A stretch of DNA of 64,000 bases from Basidiobolus meristosporus CBS 931.73 (GCA_002104905.1 MCFE01000143.1:62001-126000); one strand, 5' to 3'. Positions 51,863-63,104 are shown, counted from the stretch's first letter. Translations and numbers: made by a program. The notes: a model not told the origin generated them from the letters alone.

Positions 51863-54077
51863 ATGGTAGTCTCTTGCTTTATCCCACGAATGTTGCAGAA
51901 GTGGATGAAGAGTTTTGAGGTATATTCTCCACCATTGTCAGAGCGTATTTTCTTGATTTTTTCACCAGTTTCTCTCTCAACCATGGCTTTAAACTCCCTG
52001 AGCTTAGACAGAGCTTCTTCCTTTCTCTCCATGAAGTAGACCCATGTGTATCTTGTATAATCATCAATAAAAGTGACTAAATACTTCATCCCGCCAAAGG
52101 ATAAATTTTGCATAGGTCCACACAGATCTGAGTGAATTAGATCTAATTTTTTCTTAGTTTTTGATTAACCCAGAGCTCTTGAACAATTGTCTGGCTTGTT
52201 TCCCATATATGCAGGCTTCACAGTGCTCCAAATCAGCTGGGGGATCAACTTTCACTCCAGAAATTAGCGGATCTTTGATCATTTTATGCAAATAATCAAA
52301 ATTGATGTGTCCAAATCTCCTGTGCCAAAGCATTGGTGTTTCTTCATTTAAGTTACTTATATTGGCCTCCAAATATGATGGAATGTAAGTCAACTTGTAT
52401 AGATTCTGATCTCTGATGCCCAAAGCAATATGGGCACCATTTTGATCAGTGATCCTGCATCCAGAGTTGTCAAAACCAAAACTGAGTCCTTCTGCTGTGG
52501 CCTTGCTTACAGAGAGTAGGTTCTTGGCTATTTCTGGTACATAGAGTACTTCTTTGAAGGTCAGTGTATGGCTTCCTTCACTGCTTCTTAGGTTTACTTG
52601 GATAGTTCCTTCTCCCAATGCATCAAGTGTTCTGTTGTCACCCATGAAAACCTTCTTAATTGGAATTTCTTGATATTGGGTAAAAAGTTCTTTTTGGTGT
52701 GTAAAGTGTTGAGAAGCTCCAGAGTCAATATACCACGTCTGAGAATCCTTGTTTGTGGTCATATTTAGTGCAGATATGAATAGTCTATCTTCAGTTGTTG
52801 CAGCATTTCCATATTCAGGCTTCTTTTGCTGATAATCTCTGTTTTTGAGACACCGGTCTGATGTGTGTCCTTTCCTTTTGGAGTAGTTGCAAAATAGGTT
52901 GCTGTTGCCTTTGTAGGGTCTTGGGTACCTCCTTTGTTGGTTATCATTGCTTATTAAAGCATTTTCTTCTTCCTTCTTATTGGCGCTTGATTTTCTTAAT
53001 TCTTCATCCAGGAGCCTTCCATATACGTAATTTAAGGTCAAATCTTCAGTTCTGGACTCTAGGGCTGATACAAGGCCCTGAAACCTGTCTGTCAGGCTAT
53101 TCAGGATGGTAACTATCATATCCTCATCAGTAGTTAGTACACCCACAGATTCCATCTCATCTACCAGCAGGGTAATTCTGTTAATTAGATTTTTCATTTC
53201 TTCTCCTGGCAGCATCTTTGTAGTAAAGAATTTTTGTCTCAGATACATTTTCTTGGCAGCTGAACATGACTGGTAGGTGTCTTCTAATGCCTTCCAGGCA
53301 TTCTTTGCCGTTTTTGTTCTTGAGCATTGAATTAGCAATTTGTCCTTGACATTAAGGCAAATGCAGTTAAAGGCACTTTGTTCTTTCTTCTGGTACTTTA
53401 AGGCTTCCTCTCCCACATTTTTAGGAGGGCATTCTTCTCCCATGACAATATCTCAAAGGCCTCTTTCTTGTGGCAGCATCTTCATCTTCACCTTCCACAC
53501 TTGGTGGCTAGATCCATCCAACTTTTCAGCAGAGGGAAAAATTCCAGTAATAACAGTAGTAGACCTTGCAGAGAGTGACAGCTCAGGGCCCATAACCTGT
53601 TGTAAGAGTCTTGGAGATATTGGAAGTGATTGGGAGGACAAGTAGATTATGTGGTTTTCACTTAATGATTTATTGAATGTAAAAGTAGTATTTATACTTT
53701 TACATGATCTTGGCATTACAAACATGTAGAATAGGTTAAGGAAGGTCCCAAGAACATGTGTGCAAAGTTTGGGGCTGTTTGGACAACTTTGAGAATTTTC
53801 ATGTTGTGGGTACCTGGTATTTTGGTGAAAATATTCTAAGTAAATCCCAACAAGGAATTTGGTCAGTATTCTCTAGGATCTGAAGGTAATGATCTAAGTG
53901 ACTAAGTTGGGTGAATATTTAGGTGGAATTACAAATTTTTACAACAGTATTTTGGTGAAAATATTCTAAGTAAATCCCAACAAGGAATTTGGTCAGTATT
54001 CTCTAGGATCTGAAGGTAATGATCTAAGTGACTAAGTTGGGTGAATATTTAGGTGGAATTACAAATTTTTTACAACA

Positions 54078-55250
54078 CTAATGACATCAATACTTCTTGA
54101 TCAAAGGAATTAGTTACTGTGACAGCCTTTTGATATGACCATCACAGTTATTTTCACAGGGTAGAGCTGTTACAAGATCATTAAAACCCCATCATAAGGA
54201 TATCAGAACACTGTTAGGTTTCAACCACAAATGACAATTGGACATATTGGCCAGTTAGGCTCTGTCAAATAATTGTTGGTTGCATAGGACTCTTACAAAT
54301 GTTGTAAGGGACTTGGAGATATTGGAAGTAATTTGGAGAACAAGTAGATTTTATGGTTTTCACTTAATGATTTATTGAATATAAAAGTAGTGTTTATACT
54401 TTTACATGGTCATGGCTTAGCAAGCATGTAGAATAGGCTTATTAAAGTCCCAGGAACATGTGGGCAAAGTTTGGGGCTACTTAGATAACGTTGAGAATTT
54501 CATGTTCTGGGTACCTGATGTTTTGGTGAAAATATTCTGAGTAAATCCCAACAAGGAATTTGGTCAGTATTCTCAACAATTTGTAGGTAATGATCTAAGT
54601 GACTAAGTTAGGTGAATACTTAGGTGGAATTACAAATTTTTACAACAACAAAGCCATTAGAGCTTTATCATAAGGTCATCAAAACACTATCAAGTTTATC
54701 AATATATCAAGGAGTCTAGACAGCAAAACACTATTATGACCCTGCCACAACCTAATTAATGGGGTCAAGAATTCTAAGCTGCTGGTACTAAAATGGCATC
54801 ATTGTGGGATCCTGCTAGCAGATCCATATGAGATCTATCTGCAGGACCAAGTCATTTTTCATGAGGAAAACACACTTGAATATTGCAGGCACTTGTTACA
54901 AAGTCTGGCAGTTGAGGTGCTAGACCTTACATTGCCACCAGAAAACCAGGACACATGGGAACCAGTGAACAAACAATAGTATAGAGCCTCAGGGTTCCTG
55001 CCAAAGACAAGGGCAGAGGATGTTGAGGCAGAGGCACTTATAGATTGGTAGATTTTAATGGAGTTACTAGTCAAATGTGAGGCTGGGTTAAATGTTAATG
55101 TTGGGTATAGGGACTTATATAGGTCAGTATACTTGATCAAATTTCTAAATAAGGCACCTAGAAGCTGCATGCAAAACTTAAAGTCTCATGAAGTTTTAAG
55201 TGTGCTTCACTTGTGCAGGCAAAAGAATCATCTACAACAAAGATGAGAGC
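54078..55250 (+). mobile_element. CACTA-related fragments (right end terminating at 54866; ORF2-distal fragment 54870-55250)
   Basis: Inverted terminal block GGACCAAGTCATTTTTCATGAGG at 54844-54866; 54905-55130 is homologous to 41645-41870. Confidence 0.55.
54300..54647 (-). mobile_element. Solo LTR of copia family A, 5-bp TSD ACAAA
   Basis: 348 bp; ACAAA at 54295-54299 and 54648-54652. Confidence 0.92.
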
Positions 55251-55914
55251 ATTTGAAAAGGCTATAGTCAGGTGAAAAGCTTAGTACAAAAAATCCGATA
55301 GTCACAGTTGAGTTATTATGCGCAGTGCTAACAATCTGACAGAAATCATTTCCATGTAATATGCTGTCCCAATTATGAATTGATTATAATGCATGTTGCC
55401 CTAATCATTTATGATTTCTGTTGACTACAACTATCCAAATACAGTCGAATGCGGTTGACTGCAGCCAATTATTGCCAGAGGCCAGAATAGTGGCTGCTGA
55501 TGTTTTAGTTAGATTGCTCTAGTGCTAGATTCCCATGATAGCTCAAATCGAATAAAATATGAAGTAATCATGATTTGATTCAATACAATCCATTTAATGG
55601 AAACATCATCTATACGTCTCATGAATATCATATGCTTTATAGATATCCCATTATATAATGGCATATGATATCAGAGAGTCATGTGACTGAAAATCAAGCG
55701 TAAATTAAAGCAGTCCCACTATGAATGATAAAATATCCATTCAACAAGGTCAGCATGACCGTTTCCCTTGATCATTTCTCTTGTGCATAAGACCCTATTG
55801 GACTTTTCTCAATATTGCTTACACTGAGCTTGAACTAATTCAAAGTACGTATGTACCGAGGCACCCGATGTAAGCCTGGGTTTCTAACACGGTTTGCTCA
55901 AGTAGTATCTTGCT

Positions 55915-57190
55915 ATGGAAACCTACACTGTCTCAGTAAAAGATACTTGGCACGAGCATGATGGCGTGACTTTCTACACAAAACTCTTTGAGGTAGAATA
56001 CATTAACTTAATTTCAAGGCTTCTTCTCATTCATCCGACCACTGTAGGTAACTCCTAAACCAAGAGCCACGGTGACACTCATTCACGGATTGGGAGAGCA
56101 CTGTGACCGTTATGAGGAGCTTGGAAAATACTTAGGAGAAAGAGGAATTCAAGTGTTTACATACGACCAACGTGGTTTTGGGAAAACCGGGTACCGTAAC
56201 CCTCCCTTGGGCCATAGCGGTGGTTTCGAAAAGGTGCTACAGGATGTCGATTACTTTGTAGAGCGGTCGAGCTTTTCGGATCTGTCGGTCCCTCATTTTC
56301 TGGTATTGGCGAGTTAGATATGTAAGCATCCGACCCGATTGTAATATTAGATCGTTTTGTAGTTTGGTCACTCGATGGGTGGTATGATTGTTTTAAATTA
56401 CGGTGCCGTGTATAGCACACGCGAAATAGCCGGAATCATCGCATCAGGTGCAGTAGGGCAATTGATTAGTAAGTGAATGTTGGCTATAGCTGATACTTTG
56501 GCTACGTAGCACCCTGTATTCAAGCTGGGAAAGGTTATATCGTTTCTGGCATCCAAGCTAAAGCTCTCGGGTTCTTGGGATCGATCCCGATTATCAACAC
56601 GCTTCCGATTCAATCCAACATCAGTTAAGGCCTATACCCAGTGCGTCATCACGTCCACCAGTACTAACCCGTCCAGTAGAGGCTGAACATCTCAGTTTTA
56701 ATGAAAAATCCAATCAAGAGTATATGGGCAGCATGTATAACTTTGGCTACGCATCACTCAGTTGCCGTAAGTGGCCCATCACCTCATTTTATCACCCGCC
56801 ATGTTAACTCGCGCTTCAGTTTCGGATATCTTTTATTACGGGAAACTACTTCTCACTGATCGTTACAAAAACTTTTTGACTCCAGTGCTGCTGACACATG
56901 GTGAACAAGACCAGATCACCAGGTAAACAGAGTGTCATACTTTTATATCTTGCGATATACTAATCAATGCAATAGCTGTGCGGCAACAACAGAGTTTCAT
57001 GACCTTCTGGAAGCAGACAAAACTCTCAAGATCTGGCCAAACTCAGCTCACGAACGTACGTAAACCCAAATGCTATCAATCATTCAGCCATTAATATAAG
57101 TTTGCAGTGCACTTCGAGGACAACAAACAGGAAGTAATGGAGTACTATTACCAATGGCTGGACAACAAAATTCACCGGGAAGAAAAGTAG
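55915..57190 (+). CDS. Alpha/beta-hydrolase, monoacylglycerol lipase/lysophospholipase family (Hydrolase_4, Yju3-like); 8 exons
   Basis: Exon 1 55915-55992, exon 2 56048-56302, exon 3 56363-56447, exon 4 from 56510, with short GT-AG introns throughout. The spliced frame gives LIHGLGEHCDRY, YDQRGFG, FGHSMGG (nucleophile Ser), LTHGEQD (Asp) and AHELHFE (His). Confidence 0.9.
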
Positions 57191-57518
57191 GCCAGAAGCT
57201 CGAATTCTTATGTTCTGCATAGCCTAATTTGCATCTATTTTCCAGCTGGCCCAGCTTGGCTAAAGCATCCAATATTGACTGAGGTGCTCTTCCAGGATTC
57301 ACTAAGGGTATCTAACTATAACGGACTATTAAACCGCAAATTCTGTCAATACTACAAGCTGTCTACGCCTTTCAAGGTCCCGATATTGATAAACAATTGG
57401 GCATCAATGATTAAATATATACGTATCCCCACATGGTTTTCAATTTGAGTGAAACTGGTTGTAGAGATAAAAGAATCATTGCCATGACCTTTATTCAGTA
57501 TTGCATGCATTTTCACAT

Positions 57519-57782
57519 TTACCAATTATCCTCGTCATGGTGGCCCGATTCATCGCCAGGACCATCCTCATCCTGGTCGTCTCCGTAGTCACAGAATGGA
57601 CCAGTGGCATCCTTTTCCCGGCAAACTGTCTGCTCTCCGCACATAGTCTCCACCCATTCATCGTTGACGCAGCGGATAATAGCTCGGTCATCCTCTGTGG
57701 AGCATTTACTTTCAAGGTTGTTGCAAGCCAGAACAATCTGACTCAAAAGAGCAAGCACAAGAATGGTTGCGTGGAACTTCAT
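57519..57782 (-). CDS. Small secreted 6-Cys CBM19-like protein 1 (87 aa, acidic tail)
   Basis: Signal-peptide-like MKFHATILVLALLSQIVLA; C-x6-C-x10-C-x4-W-x4-C-x5-C-x9-C; D/E-rich tail. Confidence 0.88.
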   Translation of the reverse strand: MKFHATILVLALLSQIVLACNNLESKCSTEDDRAIIRCVNDEWVETMCGEQTVCREKDATGPFCDYGDDQDEDGPGDESGHHDEDNW

Positions 57783-58051
57783 TAGATTATTGCCAGTGAT
57801 GAAGAGTGCGTGATCTATTTATGTACAGCTTTGGAATCTGAGGTCCTTTCAATTCAGGAGCAGTCGCATGCTAATACTGCACAGCTTGCGTTGCCTTTGC
57901 AGAGGAAACCCCTTGGTCCCCCGTACTAAATAGTCAAATCGTTCTGGATAATTCAATACCCTGGGACCTCATGGATGAAAACTATTTAAGCAAAAAGCCT
58001 AATATAGAGTAATCTGCTAGAGACTTGTGGAAGTATAGGGCGAGGTTGGCT

Positions 58052-58058
58052 TATAAAA
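58052..58058 (+). promoter_or_regulatory. Putative TATA box of protein 2
   Basis: TATAAAA ~80 bp upstream of ATG 58136; a similar TATAAAT lies at ~59109 upstream of protein 3. Confidence 0.45.
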
Positions 58059-58135
58059 GTGGGGCATCTTCTATCGATGACACTCAACAAGTGCCAATTC
58101 CTCCACAGTATCGTCTCCGTTGAAAGATTACACCA

Positions 58136-58411
58136 ATGAAACTCTACGCCACGCTGATATTCTTCGCTATTTTGAGTCAGGTTGCGCATGCCTGTCAAAG
58201 TATGGAAAGTAAGTGCTCCACTGAGGATGATCGTACAATCGTTCGCTGCGTCAATGATGAATGGGTCGAAACCAAATGTGGAGAGGGAACAGTCTGCCAA
58301 GAAAAGCGTCATACTGGGCCGTTCTGCGATTATGAAGGACATGATGACTGGGAGGAGGATAATGATGGAGAAGATCATGGTGATGGTGATGATGAAGAGA
58401 GCGAAGATTAA
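58136..58411 (+). CDS. Small secreted 6-Cys CBM19-like protein 2 (91 aa, acidic tail)
   Basis: Signal peptide ending AHA|C; CVNDEWVETKCGEGTVC core; tail DDWEEDNDGEDHGDGDDEESED. Confidence 0.88.
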   Translation: MKLYATLIFFAILSQVAHACQSMESKCSTEDDRTIVRCVNDEWVETKCGEGTVCQEKRHTGPFCDYEGHDDWEEDNDGEDHGDGDDEESED

Positions 58412-59182
58412 AAAGATGCAAGACGTTCGAGTTGTATTTGGCTTACAATAAACAGAAGATATTCTCTTGAACAATGTTTCTTTTCGCCAGATTTAAAGGA
58501 TCTCGTGCCGAAAATATCCATCTTTTGTCATCTAAATTGTGACTACTGTGACAGGTAATATCCCGAGTACTTGGATATTTGAAGATTGTATGTTACCACA
58601 CGAGTGGTACTGAAGATTGTATATTACCATGCGAGTGGAGGTGCTTTCATCTTGGCCCACCTCCATCTCCTAATCACCCTGCCATCATGTAATACTAAGC
58701 TTTGTACATAAACCTGTAAGTTCAGCTTCAAAGGTGATAGTAGATAGGATTACTGCACATATTGCACTTCTGCATGGAAATGCTCCATTACTCTACCCGT
58801 CGCAGTTTCTGCTACTCCACAATTCTGCAGCTGCACATTTACAATTATAGAAATTAAGTTGGTAACTCGTTATCACACCATTTGCCGTCATTCCAAGCTT
58901 TTGCAGTGGTGTCTTACTCCTTAATACCTAAATTTATCTCTCCATTTCACTCCAGTGCTAGGGGGTCTGTGATACTTCTCCGGATGGATGTAGGGGATTT
59001 GCAATGGTAAGGACTTTTAGAAGCGTATTGGTCATTGATACGCAGTTATGGGGAAAGGAGCACTATATTTAGAAACTATTAGTAACCACATAGAGATACC
59101 ATTTACTACTATAAATACCTTGAAAGCTACTTCCCAAATGACATACTCACAGCCTATCCTCTACTTCAACTACGATCATACC

Positions 59183-59452
59183 ATGAGAATCTGCACTGCA
59201 TTTGTTGTTCTTGCCTTTCTGAGCCAGGTAGTGATGGGATGCACCCAAAACGAAAGCAAATGTTCCTCAGAGGATGCCCAGACTATCGTCCGATGCGTCA
59301 ACGATGGCTGGGTTGATACGAAGTGCGGACAAGGAACAGTCTGTCGTCAAGGTGACCACACTGGGCCATTTTGTGATCACGAGGATGTGGAAGACGATCA
59401 AGAGTGGGGCCAAGATGATGATGAGGAGGAGGAGGAGGAGGACAATGAATGA
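59183..59452 (+). CDS. Small secreted 6-Cys CBM19-like protein 3 (89 aa, poly-D/E tail)
   Basis: The start is placed at MRICTAFVVLAF by homology with the paralogues. CVNDGWVDTKCGQGTVC core. Confidence 0.87.
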   Translation: MRICTAFVVLAFLSQVVMGCTQNESKCSSEDAQTIVRCVNDGWVDTKCGQGTVCRQGDHTGPFCDHEDVEDDQEWGQDDDEEEEEEDNE

Positions 59453-59589
59453 TACATCGTATAGTAATAATGATATTATATGTCTACCACTATCCAAATA
59501 TCCTCTAAATAATAAAGCTCATCAGTAAGTGCAATCAATGCTATGAATCTGTGATAATATCATACTATTGGCCATTCTCCTGATACTTC

Positions 59590-59680
59590 TCGTTGTCACA
59601 TTAACTATCAGTCCTTGTCATTGTCCCCATCACCGCTTGATCAGAAGGTCTAGAGCAATTGGTGCAGCATAGACTCTCAT
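59590..59680 (-). pseudogene. Truncated paralogue of the secreted family
   Basis: MRVYAAPIALDLLIKR* followed by GDNDKD-like tail remnants, with the Cys module missing. The family upstream motif ctgatttatattcacc is retained at ~59742-59757. Confidence 0.65.
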
Positions 59681-60099
59681 GATTCGATTGTTTTATTCGA
59701 GGTATTAAAAGCGTTCAACGGCACCCTCGCCTAACCCTTTGCTGATTTATATTCACCAAGTAAAAGCTAAGTTATAGCGCCAACGAAATTTACTCTATTC
59801 AGATGAACAACCATAATCCCATCTACTTTCTAGTGAACTATCGTAGCTTGCAAGTAACTACAAAAAGCTGTGACCATCAAGTATAAATCGTATTGGCATT
59901 TGTCCAGATTCGAAAACGTGATCTAATATGGCTATCAAGAATAGCACAAGACAGACAAAGGCAAGGTATTGAGACGACAGCTCTTGTGAAATATTACTTT
60001 ATTATTTAGTACAGCTAGTGTCGGCAGATCTATAAGCTAAAGCAGAGTTCTTGATACTTCTCTGCAACAATACTAATTTCATATACAGCACAGTCCGGA

Positions 60100-60396
60100 C
60101 TAGTGACCATGGTGGCGGTCATCCCAGTGCTCGTCGTGGTCTCCATCCCAGTGACCGTCATGATCCCCATCCCAATGATCATCGTGATCCCAGCCATCAT
60201 GGTCACAGAATGGTCCGGTGTGATCCTCCTCATGACAGACTGTCTCCTTGCCACACTTCGTCTCCACCCAGTCGTCGTTGACACAGCGGATAATGGTGCG
60301 GTCATCCTCGGACGAGCACCGGCTTTCATCGTGGGTGCATCCAATCACCACCTGGCTGAGAAAGGCCAAAGCAATCAGTGCAACGTAGACTCTCAT
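60100..60396 (-). CDS. Secreted CBM19-like protein 4 with His/Asp/Trp repeat tail (98 aa)
   Basis: MRVYVALIALAFLSQVVIG|CTHDESRC...; tail DHDGW-DHDDHWDG-DHDGHWDG-DHDEHWDD-RHHGH. Confidence 0.9.
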   Translation of the reverse strand: MRVYVALIALAFLSQVVIGCTHDESRCSSEDDRTIIRCVNDDWVETKCGKETVCHEEDHTGPFCDHDGWDHDDHWDGDHDGHWDGDHDEHWDDRHHGH

Positions 60397-60467
60397 GATT
60401 TGGCTGTTGTATTCGAAATATGGAAAGTAAGGCACTGATGGGTATCATTCAACGGCATCCTTGACTG

Positions 60468-60475
60468 ATTTATAT
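60468..60475 (-). promoter_or_regulatory. Conserved TATA-like box of the tandem units
   Basis: ATATAAAT lies ~72-79 bp upstream of the ATG, with identical context at 61478-61485 and 63473-63480 and a variant at ~62465-62471. Confidence 0.55.
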
Positions 60476-61085
60476 TCACCAGCTCACGCGATATGAGCTT
60501 CCGTTAAATTGTAGTGCCAATAGAACTCACTGAATACAAATGAATCGCATCGATCATCCTTACCCTGCTTTGATAGCCTAGACTCCTTAATTTTGCCAAC
60601 TGACTGCTACTGCACACGCACTCGCCAATTTCCCCCGCCTGATGGATGTCTTGGAGAGACTCGAGTGGATAAAAGAGACCCTATGTCATTCGGCCTTGAC
60701 GCATATTCCAGAAGCATACTGCATTTAGGTGATGTTGTGAAGACTGGTGTCATGTGACATAAAAAGTGGCTATCCGACTCGGGATTTCCTGGATAGCATC
60801 AGTCTACATTCCATTGAAGTTTATTTGATAAATGCCATACCTTCAGCTAAATATTATTGTGAAATATGCTTAGCACTTGGTATAACAACACGGCGTCATC
60901 AAGTATGTATCACAACCACAATCCTCATGATTCAAACATGCGATTGGATGTTACAGGACAGACGAAGGTAAGGTGAATAAAGACAACAAATGATGTAGGA
61001 AGTGATTTATTATTAAGTGCAATCAGCGACAGCAGGTCTTTAAACCAGTACAAAGCTCTTTATATCGTTCACAAAGTAATCCTGA

Positions 61086-61406
61086 CTAGTGATCACGGTG
61101 GCGGTCATCCCAGTGCTCGTCGCGGTCTCCATCCCAGTGACCGTCGTGATCCCCATCCCAGTGACCGTCATGATCCCCATCCCAATGATCATCGTGATCC
61201 CAGCCATCATGGTCGCAGAATGGCCCGGTGTGATCCTCCTCACGACAGACTGTCTCCTTGCCACACTTCGTCTCCACCCAGTCGTCGTTGACACAGCGGA
61301 TAATGGTGCGGTCATCCTCGGACGAGCACCGGCTTTCATTGTGAGTGCATCCAATCACCACCTGGCTGAGAAACGCCAAAGCAATCAGTGCAACGTAGAC
61401 TCTCAT
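61086..61406 (-). CDS. Secreted CBM19-like protein 5 with His/Asp/Trp repeat tail (106 aa)
   Basis: Same architecture with one extra 24-nt/8-aa repeat. Confidence 0.9.
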   Translation of the reverse strand: MRVYVALIALAFLSQVVIGCTHNESRCSSEDDRTIIRCVNDDWVETKCGKETVCREEDHTGPFCDHDGWDHDDHWDGDHDGHWDGDHDGHWDGDRDEHWDDRHRDH

Positions 61407-62098
61407 GGTTTGGCTGTTGTATTTGAAGTATGGAGAGTAAGATACTGATGGGTATCATTCAACGGTATCCTTGACTGATTTATATTCACCAGCTCACGCG
61501 ATATGGGCTTCCGTTAAATTGTAGTGCCAATAGAACTCACTGAATACAAATGAATCGCATCGATCATCCTTACCCTGCTTTAGTAGCCTAAACCCTGTAA
61601 TTTTACTGACTAGCAGCTGCTACTACTACATACAAACACACAAATCCCCCGCATGGTGAATATCTTTGAGTGGCTCGAACAGATGAAGGAGACCTCATGT
61701 GGATCGACAACAGTGCGTATACCAACCCCATACAGTATTTAAGTGATCTGGTGAAGGATGGTGTCAAGTGGCATCAAGTTATCTTGCATACCCCCATTAT
61801 ACATTCTCTTGAACTATCTGCTGATTTTCAATGTCGTGAATGCCATTTTAGCAGTTACTACAAAAAGCTGTGGTGATCAAGCACGTACTGTAGCGGCAAT
61901 TTCGAATTTCGAATATATGATCCTATATTGTTGTCGAGAATAGCTCAAACCAGGCAACGACAAATTACTGAGATAAGAACTATTATACGATATTATTTTA
62001 TTATTAGGCATTATCTGTGTCATCAGGTCTAGAAGCCGACATAAGGTTCTCAATGTTTTTCTTCGACAATACCACTATCATAGACAACGCAATCTTGA

Positions 62099-62395
62099 CT
62101 AGTGATCATGGTGGCCGTCATCCCAGTGCTGGTCATCGTCTCCATCCCAGTGCTCATCGTGGTCCCCTTCCCAATGGTCATCGTGATCCCAGCCATCATG
62201 GTCGCAGAATGGCCCGGTGTGATCCTCCTCACGACAGACTGTCTCCTTGCCACACCTCGTCTCCACCCAGTCGTCGTTGACACAGCGGATAATGGTGCGG
62301 TCGTCGTCGGACGAGCACCGGCTTTCATCGTGGGTGCATCCAATCACCACCTGAATCAGAAGGGCCAAAGCAGCCAGCACAACATAGACTCTCAT
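62099..62395 (-). CDS. Secreted CBM19-like protein 6 with His/Asp/Trp repeat tail (98 aa)
   Basis: Same architecture; the most diverged of copies 4-7. Confidence 0.9.
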   Translation of the reverse strand: MRVYVVLAALALLIQVVIGCTHDESRCSSDDDRTIIRCVNDDWVETRCGKETVCREEDHTGPFCDHDGWDHDDHWEGDHDEHWDGDDDQHWDDGHHDH

Positions 62396-63104
62396 GATTC
62401 GATCGTTGTTTTGGCAATAACAAAAAAGCGGTGCTGATGGGTTTCATTCAACGAAATTTTGGCTCTTATATCTACGGACTCATGCAATGCTAGCTTCCGC
62501 AAAGTTGTAGTGCCAACAGAATTCACTTTATTTAAACGAATAGCATCATGCTTCTTTTCCCTGCTTTGATAGTTTAGACTCCTTATTTTTACAAAATGCC
62601 TAGCACTATCACTACTACACACACGCACGCACGCCCATAAATCCCCCCTGCTAGTAGAACGTCTGGAAGTGTATCGAACGGATATAAAAGACGCTGTGTT
62701 GATCGACACTAATGCATACTAATTTCACACTGCATTCGAGTGATGTTGCGAAAGATGGTGACATGAGACATAAGAGAGTAGTCACCTGACACGCGTTGTC
62801 TTAGATAGCCTCATACTACTATTGATTTTAATATGGTATGTTACTTTACTTTCTATGCATTCTAGCACAGTAAGGGTAGCAGCTACTAAAAACATATGAC
62901 CATCAAGTACATCGTAGTGGTGATTGTTCACATTCGAATACGTGATCTGATATAGCCATCCAAAATGACAAAGGACAAGTATTACAAGATTGCATGAAAT
63001 TATTTATTGTTAAGTACTATCAGTATAAGCAGGCCTATAAATCAACGCAGAGTTCCGAATACCTTTCTACAACAATGCTGGCATTATATGATAGGCAGCT
63101 CTAG

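Larger units (their letters stand above)
48193..54077 (-). mobile_element. copia family A copy A5, nearly full length
   Basis: gag-protease ORF 52154-53443 (YIDSGAS protease site), integrase split by a solo LTR, IN-RT-RNase H ORF 48813-50996. 5' LTR 53598-54077 has two copies of the terminal 130 bp; PBS GGTTATGGGCCC. Confidence 0.95.

Noticed and set aside
1-55250. Numerous 60-120-aa ORFs in alternative frames across the TE block
   Set aside because: They overlap recognisable TE reading frames on the other strand or frame, and recur only because the TEs are repeated.
57313-57324. TAACTATAACGG, matching part of the LSU rRNA / I-CeuI site
   Set aside because: It is only a 12-bp match and the flanks do not resemble rRNA; most likely chance.
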